A stretch of 64,000 bases of DNA. It comes from an uncultured bacterium. Lineage in GTDB: Bacteria; Deinococcota; Deinococci; Deinococcales; Trueperaceae. The notes beneath the pieces were generated by a model that did not search any database, was not told the origin of the DNA, and saw only the letters and a program-made list of their open reading frames with translations. The translations under genes and the position numbers were made by a program. The DNA is taken from positions 56,330 through 120,329 of the forward strand of contig CAZTTB010000001.1 in assembly GCA_964616005.1 (NCBI GenBank), in the 5' to 3' direction. This document shows, in pieces, positions 38,956 through 48,010 of this stretch (position 1 is its first letter; each line of letters opens with the position of its first letter).

Positions 38956-41519
38956 TCCACGAATCCCAACGCTCGGGTGGGGGAGAGTTGAGCCGCACGT
39001 CGCGCCGGCAGGAGCGAGGCGAGCAGGCCCACCAGGGGGGATGCCACCAGCGCCAGACCCACCAGGGTCCAGTCGATCGCCGGCGTCAGCAGGAAGCCGG
39101 TCAGGGCGCTCGCGCCAGCGCTGATGACCCGGGAGAGGAGCAACCCGAAGGCCACGCCGAGCACGGCGCCCACGGAAGTGACCACCATACCCTCAGAGGC
39201 GATGAGACGCCTCACGCCGCCGCGGGTCATCCCGACGGTGCGCAGCACGGCGATCTCATGGCTGCGGCTCACGAGGTTCATGCCAAGCGTGTTGGCCACG
39301 CCCAGGGCGGCGACCAGCACCGCGATCAACAGTAGCGTGTTGGTGGTCTGGAAGGATCGTTGCGTCAGCCGCAGGATGGCGCTCCGGTAGTCGGCGTTGA
39401 GGGTGGCGTCCAGATGGAGCCCGGGGAAGGCGGACAACAGTTCCCGGCGCACCTGATGTGGATCGGCGCCCGGCTTGTCGGCGATGACGAAGAGATCGGG
39501 CGCCCCGCCCCCGAACTCGGGCAGGTCGTGGATGCTGCCCACCACCGTCTCGCCGCCTCCGGTGAAGTCGACCACCACGCCGGCGACCGGGAACTCCTTG
39601 AAGCCGTCGACCGTCCGCAGGCGGATGGTGTCGCCCTTCTTGATGCCGTACCTGTCGCGCATGGTGTTGGCCACCAGGACCTGGCCGCCCTTGGACAGGG
39701 CGCGGAAGCCCTCGAGGTTGTTCCCCTGGCCCTGGATGTACTGGAAGCGGCCGAAGCCGCCGTTGGGATCGAAGCGCTGCGGGTCGACCAGGATCATGGC
39801 GATGGAGCGCCCGCGCCCACCTCCCTGCGGCTCGAAGCGGACCACCCGGATCCCCACACCGCTGGCCACTTTCACACCCGGAAGCTGTTGGGCCCGCTGC
39901 TCGAAGTCGTCGGGGAAGCTCACCGGCGAGGTCACGAAGACATCGCCCACGATGGTGGTGTCGACCCAGGAGGCGATGGCTCGGTTGATGCCGGCGACCA
40001 TCGAGCCGACGCCGATGATCAGGCCGGTGCCCACGGCCACGGTTCCGATGGCCACCCCGTTGCGGGCGGCGTTGCGCAGGGCGAAGTTGCTTCCCAGACG
40101 GCCCGATGTGCCGAACAGGCGCACCAGCAGGGGCGTGAACAGCGCCAGAGCAGGGCGCAACAGGCTGGGCGTGGCCATCGCGACCCCGACGAAGAACACG
40201 GCCATGGCGGTGCCGCTGGCGGCGAGGGCCAGGTACCCCGACCATGGCAGCACGCTCAGGGCCACGCCCAGCGCCAGAAGGCTCCAACCGAGCACCGCCT
40301 GGCGCAGCGGGGGCGCTTCCTCCGCATTCCGACCGGCTGCGATGGGCGGCGTGCGCGAGGCGCTCCGGGCCGGAAGGACGCCCGCGGCGAGCGAGACCAG
40401 GACGCCGACGCCGGAGGCCAGGGCCACGCTCCGGACCGGGATCACCAGGGTGCGGAACTCGAACCCCAGACTGACGGCGTTCATGCGGGTGATGACGTAG
40501 GCCAGGCCCACCCCGAGCAGCAGGCCCATCAGCACGCCCACGAGGCTCAGCGCCGCCGCTTCGTACAGCGCCAGTCGCTGAACGTCGCCACGCGTCATGC
40601 AGATGGTGCGCAGCAGGGCGTACTCACGAGTCCGTTCCACGACCGAGGCCATGAACGTGTTGTAGGCCATGAAGCCGCCCAACGCGAGCAGCGTCACGGC
40701 CAACACGGACAGTCCGGACTGCAAGGTATCGACGATGCCCGATGCCACGTTGCCGGACACGGCGGGGTAGGTCACGGTCAGGTCCTGCGACAGCGAGGGC
40801 AGGCGCGCCTCGATCCGGGCCCGCACGTCCTCCACGGGAACCGACGGATCGACCAGGACCTCGATGTGCGACGCCCGCCCCTGCATGTGCAGGATGGCCC
40901 GAAGGTCCTGGATGGCGATGATGCCCACGCGTCCGCCGTTGGTACTGGCGAGGCCGTAGCGATCGTCGAGGAGACCGGTCACGGTGAGCGGAACGTCCCC
41001 GAAGCTGGTCGCGAAGCGGACGGTGTCACCCACCGCGATGCCGCGCTCCTGGGCGAACCCCTGGGCGATAGCGACGCCGTCCGAGCCGGGTTGGGGCAGC
41101 GCGCCCTGGGCCAGCTTCGCCGGCAGGTCGCTCGGGACGGTGGTGACGCGGCCACTGAGCTGGAAGCCGGTGTCGACGCCCGGGATGATCGACTTCTGGA
41201 AGTCCTGGATGGCGCGAACGGGTTCGGCGCGGGTGTTCAGGACGGGGTACGCGGCCTTCACTCCGGACATCTTGCGGACCAGGTCGAGCGCGGGACCGTC
41301 CTCGAACACGGCCCGCCCTCCCGCGCCGGGCGTCACCAGCAGGTCGGCCTTCCCCGCAGCCGCCTGCAGCGCGCCGCGCACGTTGGCCTCGACGTTGGCG
41401 CCGACCGAGAGCGTGGTCAGCACGGCCGCGATACCGATACCCACGCCGAGGACCGTGGCTAGGCTGCGCCAGGGGTGCCGGAGCAGGTTCAGGAGGGCCA
41501 ATCGACGCAGCGCGGTCAC
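38952..41519 (-). CDS. Double FtsX-domain ABC permease (MacB/YbbP type)
   Basis: 855 aa. Two repeats of TM, large periplasmic domain and 3-TM FtsX module. 4-nt overlap with the ATPase gene. Confidence 0.85.
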   Translation of the reverse strand: MTALRRLALLNLLRHPWRSLATVLGVGIGIAAVLTTLSVGANVEANVRGALQAAAGKADLLVTPGAGGRAVFEDGPALDLVRKMSGVKAAYPVLNTRAEPVRAIQDFQKSIIPGVDTGFQLSGRVTTVPSDLPAKLAQGALPQPGSDGVAIAQGFAQERGIAVGDTVRFATSFGDVPLTVTGLLDDRYGLASTNGGRVGIIAIQDLRAILHMQGRASHIEVLVDPSVPVEDVRARIEARLPSLSQDLTVTYPAVSGNVASGIVDTLQSGLSVLAVTLLALGGFMAYNTFMASVVERTREYALLRTICMTRGDVQRLALYEAAALSLVGVLMGLLLGVGLAYVITRMNAVSLGFEFRTLVIPVRSVALASGVGVLVSLAAGVLPARSASRTPPIAAGRNAEEAPPLRQAVLGWSLLALGVALSVLPWSGYLALAASGTAMAVFFVGVAMATPSLLRPALALFTPLLVRLFGTSGRLGSNFALRNAARNGVAIGTVAVGTGLIIGVGSMVAGINRAIASWVDTTIVGDVFVTSPVSFPDDFEQRAQQLPGVKVASGVGIRVVRFEPQGGGRGRSIAMILVDPQRFDPNGGFGRFQYIQGQGNNLEGFRALSKGGQVLVANTMRDRYGIKKGDTIRLRTVDGFKEFPVAGVVVDFTGGGETVVGSIHDLPEFGGGAPDLFVIADKPGADPHQVRRELLSAFPGLHLDATLNADYRSAILRLTQRSFQTTNTLLLIAVLVAALGVANTLGMNLVSRSHEIAVLRTVGMTRGGVRRLIASEGMVVTSVGAVLGVAFGLLLSRVISAGASALTGFLLTPAIDWTLVGLALVASPLVGLLASLLPARRAAQLSPTRALGFVE

Positions 41520-41526
41520 GTCCCCC

Positions 41527-41609
41527 AGTGTACCGTCGCCGCGCCGTTTCCGCAGGCCCCGGGAACCGTCACCCAGCCGAAGCGCTTCTCACGGCGCCGG
41601 CGGTAGAAT
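41527..41609. promoter_or_regulatory. Back-to-back -10 boxes for the divergent permease and GT4 genes (both candidate leaderless)
   Basis: Minus strand: TACACT (41527-41532) 7 nt upstream of GTG 41519. Plus strand: TAGAAT (41604-41609) 8 nt upstream of ATG 41618. Confidence 0.45.
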
Positions 41610-41617
41610 CGGCCGAA

Positions 41618-42847
41618 ATGCGTATCGCGTACGTCACCGATGAGGCGTATCCCGGATTCGGCGGGCAGGCCACCGCCACGGAGGCGCACGTCCGGGCCCT
41701 GGCGGACCTCGGCCACGAGCTCCACGTGGTGGTCGGACGCCAGCGCGCTCAGTCCGAGCCCCCCGCGGGCGTGAGGCTGTCGACGTTGCCGGTGTTCCCG
41801 TTGGGATCGCTGTCGCACATCGCGCTGCCCCGGAAGAGCGTGCTGGTCCCGGTGCTGGACTGGGCCGACATCGTGCACATCAATCTTCCCGGTCCGTTGG
41901 CTGCGACCACCATGCGTCTGGCTCGCAGGCGCGGTCTCCCGGTGGTGATGGGGCTGCACATCCAGGAGCAGAACACGTCGATGCACCTTCTCGGGCCGCT
42001 GCGCCCCATCTTGGAGGGCATCCTTCACCGCTTCTACCGGAGGCTCTTCGGCGAGGCCGACTGTGTCACGGCTCCAACGGCGTTCGCCGGGCGGCTCGCG
42101 GGGAGCTACGCGCCGCCCCGCATCGAAGTGGTGTCCAACGGCCTCGATCCGTTCACCGAGGATCCCGGCTTCGACGAAGAGGTCGATACCCTGCGACGCG
42201 AGTTGCTCGCAGGCGGCGACGACGTGGTGCTGACGTACGTGGGCCGGCTCTACCCCGAGAAGCATCCCGAGGAGCTCGTCGCGTTGCTGGCCGCTGCCCG
42301 TGAGCGCGGCTCGAAGTCGGTGCTGGCGGTGGCGGGACGCGGCCCGCTGAGCGAGCGCATGCTCGAGCTGGCGCGCCGCGCCGGGGTCGCCGACCACGTG
42401 CGACTCCTGGGCTTCGTCCAGGAACGTCGCAAGCGTGCGTTGTTGCGCGCCACGGACGTGTTCCTGATGCCCTCCGAGGTGGAGCTGCAGAGCATCGCGA
42501 CCATGGAGGCCATGAGCGCCGGATGCCCCATCCTCACCGCCGACTACCCGACGAGCGCCGTACCGGAGCTGGTGAAGGAGTGCGGAGCCGGCGTCGCCTA
42601 CCCGGCGGGACGACCCGATCGAGGAGCGCAGATCCTGATGGAGATGCTGGCCGACGAGGGGGGGATGACGCGTTACCGGCGCGCGGCCCGTGTGTCGGCC
42701 GGCTCGTTCGAACTGCCGGCCATCGGGCGTCGTCTCGCGGCGATCTACGAGGAGCTCATCGCCGGGCGCGGTACGCCGGGCGCGGCACGTCGCCCGCGGG
42801 ATCGACGGTTCACTCGCGACGAGGCGCCGTTGCCGGGACGCTCCTGA
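41618..42847 (+). CDS. GT4-family glycosyltransferase
   Basis: MRIAYVTDEAYPGFGG N-terminus and a C-terminal E-x7-E motif (EVELQSIATMEAM). Confidence 0.85.
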   Translation: MRIAYVTDEAYPGFGGQATATEAHVRALADLGHELHVVVGRQRAQSEPPAGVRLSTLPVFPLGSLSHIALPRKSVLVPVLDWADIVHINLPGPLAATTMRLARRRGLPVVMGLHIQEQNTSMHLLGPLRPILEGILHRFYRRLFGEADCVTAPTAFAGRLAGSYAPPRIEVVSNGLDPFTEDPGFDEEVDTLRRELLAGGDDVVLTYVGRLYPEKHPEELVALLAAARERGSKSVLAVAGRGPLSERMLELARRAGVADHVRLLGFVQERRKRALLRATDVFLMPSEVELQSIATMEAMSAGCPILTADYPTSAVPELVKECGAGVAYPAGRPDRGAQILMEMLADEGGMTRYRRAARVSAGSFELPAIGRRLAAIYEELIAGRGTPGAARRPRDRRFTRDEAPLPGRS

Positions 42848-42851
42848 GCGC

Positions 42852-42870
42852 GGCCCGGGGGCGTCGGGCC
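42852..42870. terminator. Short GC hairpin between the convergent GT4 and flippase-like genes
   Basis: GGCCCG-ggggcgt-CGGGCC. The stem is only 6 bp. Confidence 0.3.
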
Positions 42871-42871
42871 T

Positions 42872-43861
42872 TCATCCGGCTTCCTGTGCGCGTCGCGTCA
42901 CCAGGTAGCCGCCGAGCAGCGGGCCGAGCAGGAAGATCGAGTAGAAGGTCACCAACCGCCACAGCAGCACCACACCGGGGACCGACGTGCCGCCTCCCCG
43001 GGCGATCAGCACGTAGGAGATGCCCAGTTCGAAGAAGCCGCTGCCTCCCGGCGTGGGGACGAAGGTCGACATCACCACGACCACCATCTGGGCCGCTTCG
43101 ATGACGGGGAGCGACACCATCACCCCGAGCCCTCGTGCGAGGAAGAACAGGATCGAGAAGAAGCTGATCCAGGAGGCGGCCGTGACGGCCTGCAGTGTGA
43201 GGTAGAAGCCGAGTGGCGCGTTCTTGAACAGCCGGTTCGACTCCAACATCGTCTCGACGAACCGCAGCCCCTGCCTCCGCCACCGGATCAGAGGGCCGCG
43301 CAAGATCCAGCGTGCGATCGGTTCCAGCCAGGCCAGGCGGAACTGCACCAGGTAGGCGACCGCCGCCGACAGAACCACGGTGAGCGCTCCCAACGCCAGC
43401 CAGGCGGCTCCCTGCGGGTACAGTCCGAGCGCGTAGAGCATCCCCAGCGCGATGGGCAGGCCCCAGGTGTGGAACAGCGCGTCGGCGCCGAACACGGCCA
43501 CGCCCACCGCCCACGCCACCCCCGGGGGCAGCTTCTGGCCCTGCAGGGCGAGAGCCAGGGCGGGCGTCGAGCCGCTGCCGCCGGGCGTCACGGTGGCGCT
43601 GAACATGCCGAGGATGTGGGCGCGCAGGGCGTGGAACAGCGGCAACCGGTAGCCGAGCCGCCGACACATGTAGATGAGGCGCAAGGCGGCCAGGGTGAAC
43701 GCGCCCAGCAGACCGCCGAGCGCCGCCAGCGCGTACGTCCACGGGAGCTGCCGGATGATGGTCAGGTCCTGGACCTTGCCGACGCGGAAGACGACCCAGG
43801 CGAGCCCCAACGCGCTGAGCACCATCGACACGATGAGCGAACGCAGGACGGTCCTGTTCAA
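42872..43861 (-). CDS. UPF0104 / LPG_synthase_TM flippase-like membrane protein
   Basis: Polytopic protein with the conserved TPGGSG loops seen twice (VTPGGSGSTP, PTPGGSGFFE). TTG 43861 follows GGAGG and overlaps the upstream stop (TTGA). Confidence 0.7.
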   Translation of the reverse strand: MNRTVLRSLIVSMVLSALGLAWVVFRVGKVQDLTIIRQLPWTYALAALGGLLGAFTLAALRLIYMCRRLGYRLPLFHALRAHILGMFSATVTPGGSGSTPALALALQGQKLPPGVAWAVGVAVFGADALFHTWGLPIALGMLYALGLYPQGAAWLALGALTVVLSAAVAYLVQFRLAWLEPIARWILRGPLIRWRRQGLRFVETMLESNRLFKNAPLGFYLTLQAVTAASWISFFSILFFLARGLGVMVSLPVIEAAQMVVVVMSTFVPTPGGSGFFELGISYVLIARGGGTSVPGVVLLWRLVTFYSIFLLGPLLGGYLVTRRAQEAG

Positions 43862-45033
43862 GGAGCCTCCGTCAAGTCCGCCAGGTGCGCGGCGATGGCG
43901 AGCGTCCCGGGTCGGAACCCCAGGGCTGCGACGCGCTCCTGCCAGGCGCGAAGCGGCGCGCGGTCCTCGCACAGGGGTGCCAGCAGCGCCACGACGTCGC
44001 GCGGCCGGGGCACGTAGCCGCCGATGCCGTGCTGCATGCAGTAGTCGAGGTTTCGCTTCTCGTTCGGAGCCACGTAGCTGGTGTGGAAGATGGGCCGACC
44101 CAGGGCCAACGCCTCGAAGGTGGAGGCTGCGCCCGCTTTGCCGATCACCAGATCACTGGCCGCGATCCACTCGGGCATGTTGGTGGCGAAGCCCACGACC
44201 TGCAGCCGGGTCCGGCCGCCGGCCGCGGCGTGGGCGTCGGCCAGGTGCTGCAGGCGTGCTCGGAGCTGCTCGTTGCGGCCCGTCACGACCACGTACTGCA
44301 GGTCGAGGTCGGCCTCCAACACGGCACCGGCGATGCCTTCGACGTTGCCTCCGATGCCCTCGCCGCCCGGCGTGTGGAGCACGGTGAGACGGTCGGCGTC
44401 GAGGCCGAGGCCACGGCGCGCGGCCGCGAGGGTGGGGACCTCGTCCACGAACGCGAGGCTGAGCGGGTAGCCGAAGATCCGCAGGCGCTCCGCGGGCACG
44501 CCCTTGGCGCTCAGCAGCGCGCGCGCCTCATCGCTGGCCACCACGATCTCGTCGACGCCCCTGACCGCCCACAGGGCGTGGCCGTCGAACGGATCGGTGT
44601 CGATGCCCACCAGCGTGGCATCGAGCTCACCCCGACGCCGCGCCATGGCGGCCGCGAGGAGCGGCATGAAGTGCACGCCCACCACCAGATCGTAGCCCTG
44701 AGCGCGCACGAAGGCGGCCAGCCGCCGGCTGAAGCCCTGCAGCATCCATGCCTGGACCGCCTGCGTCCAGGACACCGGGATCACGCGGTCGATCAAGTTC
44801 TGGAGCACGAAGGTGACACGCGGATGGGCGAGCATCCACTTCCAGCTCCGCTTGTGGCGACGATCCAACGCATCCTCGCCGAGGTGGTGCATGATGTCGA
44901 GCACGTCGATGTCGAAGCGGTCCGGCCAGCTCCGTTGGAGGGCCGCCTGCAGGGCCATGGCCGGGGCGCGGTGTCCGCCGCCGGCTTCGATCATGGCGAT
45001 GAGGATGTGCGGGCGCCCGCCGCCGGGGGTCAT
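43858..45033 (-). CDS. MGDG-synthase-like / GT28-family glycosyltransferase
   Basis: N-terminal ILIAMIEAGGGHRAPAMAL motif (MGDG_synth type) and a GT28 C-terminal domain (GKAGAASTFEALALGRP). Confidence 0.8.
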   Translation of the reverse strand: MTPGGGRPHILIAMIEAGGGHRAPAMALQAALQRSWPDRFDIDVLDIMHHLGEDALDRRHKRSWKWMLAHPRVTFVLQNLIDRVIPVSWTQAVQAWMLQGFSRRLAAFVRAQGYDLVVGVHFMPLLAAAMARRRGELDATLVGIDTDPFDGHALWAVRGVDEIVVASDEARALLSAKGVPAERLRIFGYPLSLAFVDEVPTLAAARRGLGLDADRLTVLHTPGGEGIGGNVEGIAGAVLEADLDLQYVVVTGRNEQLRARLQHLADAHAAAGGRTRLQVVGFATNMPEWIAASDLVIGKAGAASTFEALALGRPIFHTSYVAPNEKRNLDYCMQHGIGGYVPRPRDVVALLAPLCEDRAPLRAWQERVAALGFRPGTLAIAAHLADLTEAP

Positions 45034-45058
45034 GGCGTCGTCTCCGGTCTCTTGCCCG

Positions 45059-46177
45059 TCACACGTCCGGCAGCGTCTCGAAGGTCTTGAGCGCCTGAGC
45101 GACCACCTGGTCCATGTTGTAGTAGCGGTACGTGCCGAGGCGGCCGGCGAAGGTGACGTGCTCGAGCTCGGCGGCCATGGCGCGGTACGCCTCGTAGAGC
45201 GCCCGGTTCTCGGGTCTGGGGACGGGATAGTAGGGGTCGCCTTCGGCCCGCGGATGCTCGTACACGAGCACCGACTTGGTGTGGCGCTGGCCGGTCAGGT
45301 GCTTCATCTCGGTGCGCCGCGTGTAGGCGTAGTCGTTCGGGTAGTTGGTGGTGCCGGTCTCCTGCACCTGCTCCTGGTCATGGGTGACGAACTCGAACTC
45401 GAGCGAGCGGTAGGGCAGGGCACCGAGCTCGTGCTGGAAGTAGCCGTCGATGGGGCCGGTGTAGATCAGGTGCTTGTGAGGGACGAGGTCGGCCACCTCG
45501 CGGTAGTCGGTATTGAGCATGACCTTGATGTTGGGATGCCGCAGCATGCGGCGGAACATCGCGGTGTAGCCGTGCAGCGGCATCGCCTGGTAGGTGTCCG
45601 TGAAGTAGCGATCGTCGCGGTTGGCACGTACCGGCACCCGGGCGGTCACGGAGGCGTCGAGCTCCCTGGGCTCGAGCCCCCACTGCTTCTTGGTGTAGCC
45701 ACGGAAGAACTTCTCGAACAGCTCCTGGCCGACCCGGGCCACCACCACGTCCTCGGACGTCTCGATGCGCTCGCGCTTGATCGCGCGGGCCGCGAAGAAC
45801 GCCTCCACCTCGGAGGCCGACAGGTCGAGGTTGTACAGCGTATTGATGGTGTCGAGGTTGATGGGGATGGGCACCAACCGGCCGTCGACCAGGGCTCGTA
45901 CGCGGTGCTGATAGGGGCGCCAGGCGGTGAAGGCGGACAGGTAATCGAAGACGTACTTGGCGTTGGTATGGAAGATGTGCGGCCCGTAGCGGTGGACCAG
46001 CACGCCATCTTCGTCGTACTCGTCGTAGGCGTTGCCCGCGATGTGATCTCGGCGGTCCACCACCAGCACGCGGCCGCCACGCTGGGTGGCGATCCGTTCG
46101 GCGAGGACGGCTCCCGAGAAGCCAGCGCCCACGATGAGGAAGTCGAATCCCTCGCTCATGTCGCGCCACCATACCAC
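45059..46177 (-). CDS. glf: UDP-galactopyranose mutase
   Basis: FDFLIVGAGFSGAVLAE FAD box, RDHIAGNAYD and YGPHIFHTN motifs. The true start may be ATG 46159 (MSEGFDF...). Confidence 0.9.
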   Translation of the reverse strand: MVWWRDMSEGFDFLIVGAGFSGAVLAERIATQRGGRVLVVDRRDHIAGNAYDEYDEDGVLVHRYGPHIFHTNAKYVFDYLSAFTAWRPYQHRVRALVDGRLVPIPINLDTINTLYNLDLSASEVEAFFAARAIKRERIETSEDVVVARVGQELFEKFFRGYTKKQWGLEPRELDASVTARVPVRANRDDRYFTDTYQAMPLHGYTAMFRRMLRHPNIKVMLNTDYREVADLVPHKHLIYTGPIDGYFQHELGALPYRSLEFEFVTHDQEQVQETGTTNYPNDYAYTRRTEMKHLTGQRHTKSVLVYEHPRAEGDPYYPVPRPENRALYEAYRAMAAELEHVTFAGRLGTYRYYNMDQVVAQALKTFETLPDV

Positions 46178-46213
46178 CGCTGCCGACGCGTCCGCGGCGT
46201 GTGGCGGCGGCGG

Positions 46214-47200
46214 CTAGGTGGGGGTCAGCGCGCCCACCGAGCGTCGCAACCCCTCGCGCCAGGACACCATCGGGCGGTAGCCGAGCTCCTCCGCCGCATG
46301 CCGGATGCTGAAGTGCACGTCCCGCGTCATCAGGCCGGCGCGGTAGCGGGTCATGGGAGGCTCGTTGCGTGGGAAGAGGGCGCCCCAGGTCGCCTCGACA
46401 CCGCGCGCCAGAGCCTTGGTGGGGGTGCCCGGGAGGCGCAGGCGCGGCGGTCGCTCGCCCAACAGCCGCGCCAGCTCGGAGAGCAACTCGCGCCAGCTCG
46501 GCATGCCGTCGTCTGCGATGACGTAGGTCCGGTGGGCGGCCTCGGGCCGTTCCAACGCCAGCCGTACCCCGAGAGCGAAGTTCTCGGCATAGGCGGTGTT
46601 GATGACACTGTCGCCGCTCCCCACCATCGGCAGCAGTCCCTGCTCGAGGGCGCGCACGACACGGCGGAGGTTCGGGTCGCGGGAGCCGAACGGCCACAGC
46701 CCGGGACGCACGATCACGCCCTCGATCCCACCGACCTGCCGGACCAGGTCCTCGGCCATGATCTTGGAGTGCGCGTACGGCTCGCGGACGTTGTCGCGAG
46801 GGACCTCGCGCGGGTCGGCATCGCGGAAGCCGCTGTAGCGATGGACGGCGACGCTCGAGATGAGCACGAACCGGCCCACGCCGACGTGTACGGCTTCCTT
46901 CAGAAGCTGCTCCGTGCCCACCACGTTGGTCCGGTAGAAGGCGTCCCACGGTCCCCAGTCGGCGACGCGCGCAGCCGCGTGCACCACGGCATCGATGCCA
47001 TCGCAGGTACCGACGAGGGCGCCCTCTCGACTGAGGTCGGCGCGTTCGATCTGCAGGCCCGGCTCGTCGAGCACGGCGCCAAGGTTGGCGATCGTCCCCC
47101 AGGGGGACACCAGGGCCCGCACCTGATGGCCGGCGGCCAGCAGGTGTTCGCTGATGTGGCTCCCCAGGAAGCCATGGGCACCGGTAACCAGAACGTTCAT
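46214..47200 (-). CDS. Extended-SDR NAD(P)-dependent reductase/epimerase (3-beta-HSD-like)
   Basis: TGAHGFLGS Rossmann box and YAHSK catalytic pair. 328 aa. Confidence 0.85.
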   Translation of the reverse strand: MNVLVTGAHGFLGSHISEHLLAAGHQVRALVSPWGTIANLGAVLDEPGLQIERADLSREGALVGTCDGIDAVVHAAARVADWGPWDAFYRTNVVGTEQLLKEAVHVGVGRFVLISSVAVHRYSGFRDADPREVPRDNVREPYAHSKIMAEDLVRQVGGIEGVIVRPGLWPFGSRDPNLRRVVRALEQGLLPMVGSGDSVINTAYAENFALGVRLALERPEAAHRTYVIADDGMPSWRELLSELARLLGERPPRLRLPGTPTKALARGVEATWGALFPRNEPPMTRYRAGLMTRDVHFSIRHAAEELGYRPMVSWREGLRRSVGALTPT

Positions 47201-47275
47201 GTCAGCCGCCGCAGCCCAAGCCTACCAGGAAGGGGGTCCGGACGGTCCTTCCGGACGCGCCTGCCGGCCACGACG

Positions 47276-48010
47276 TCAACCGTGGAACAGCAGGCCCTGG
47301 TGGTAGAGAACGAACACATCGGTGGACAGGCCGATGACCAGGTGGATGATCGTGGAGTACAGGACCGACCGGCTCCGCAACGCGAGCGCACCGAACAGCA
47401 GACTGGCGGGCAGGGCGGCCAGCAGCTCGGTCATGGGCTTGCCGAGATGGATGAGGGTGGCCGCCAGCGACTGCACCCAGATGGCTTGCGGTGCGCCCCA
47501 GGCGTCGGCGACGATGCTTTGCAGGAAGCCGCGGTAGAAGAACTCGAAGGCCACGTAGTACAGGCCGTAGATCACGGCCCACAGCCCGATGGTGGCGAGG
47601 CTGCGGCCGACCCACGCGCCCGCCCACGGGTAGGTCGCTTCGAGACCCTTGTCGAAGCTGCCTAGGTACATCAGCGGGATGACGATGACGGAGCCGCCGA
47701 GCGCCGCCGAGAGACCGAAGCGCACGTCGCCCAGGCGGAGCCCCACGTGCTTCAGGTCGATCCCCACCACGGCCAGCAGCAACGCTGGCAGCGCCATCAG
47801 CAACACCAGCGACCACGCCACCGTGGTCACGCCCGTCAGCAGGTTGCGCGGCTGGAACTGCATCAGCGCGGGCCCGGGACTGGCGACGTACCAGAAGCCC
47901 GCCTGCAGGAGCACGGCGGCCGTCAACAGGAACCACAGCCGCGCATGCTTCCGGTCGAAGAGCTGCGCCAGGTCGGCGAACACCACACCGACCGAACGCA
48001 GCGGGTTCAC
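47276..48010 (-). CDS. CPBP-family intramembrane metalloprotease
   Basis: Polytopic protein with FEFFYRGF (ExxxR), LIHLGK and IIHLVIG motifs. GTG 48010 overlaps the upstream stop (GTGA). Confidence 0.75.
   Translation of the reverse strand: MNPLRSVGVVFADLAQLFDRKHARLWFLLTAAVLLQAGFWYVASPGPALMQFQPRNLLTGVTTVAWSLVLLMALPALLLAVVGIDLKHVGLRLGDVRFGLSAALGGSVIVIPLMYLGSFDKGLEATYPWAGAWVGRSLATIGLWAVIYGLYYVAFEFFYRGFLQSIVADAWGAPQAIWVQSLAATLIHLGKPMTELLAALPASLLFGALALRSRSVLYSTIIHLVIGLSTDVFVLYHQGLLFHG

Noticed and set aside
36114-41462. 706-aa and 700-aa plus-strand ORFs opposite the MMPL and FtsX-permease genes.
   Set aside because: They are antisense to polytopic transporter genes with coherent TM topology. 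Their composition is His/Arg/Gly/Asp-rich with no motifs.
38209-41519. Calling the ABC pair LolCDE or FtsEX.
   Set aside because: The permease is a single 855-aa double-FtsX protein rather than LolC/LolE or a 4-TM FtsX, and no partner genes are present. Only the generic MacB-type call is supportable.
44813-47665. 950-aa plus-strand ORF spanning the GT28, glf, SDR and CPBP region.
   Set aside because: It crosses four well-supported minus-strand genes and their intergenic gaps, which fits a GC-driven open frame rather than a gene.
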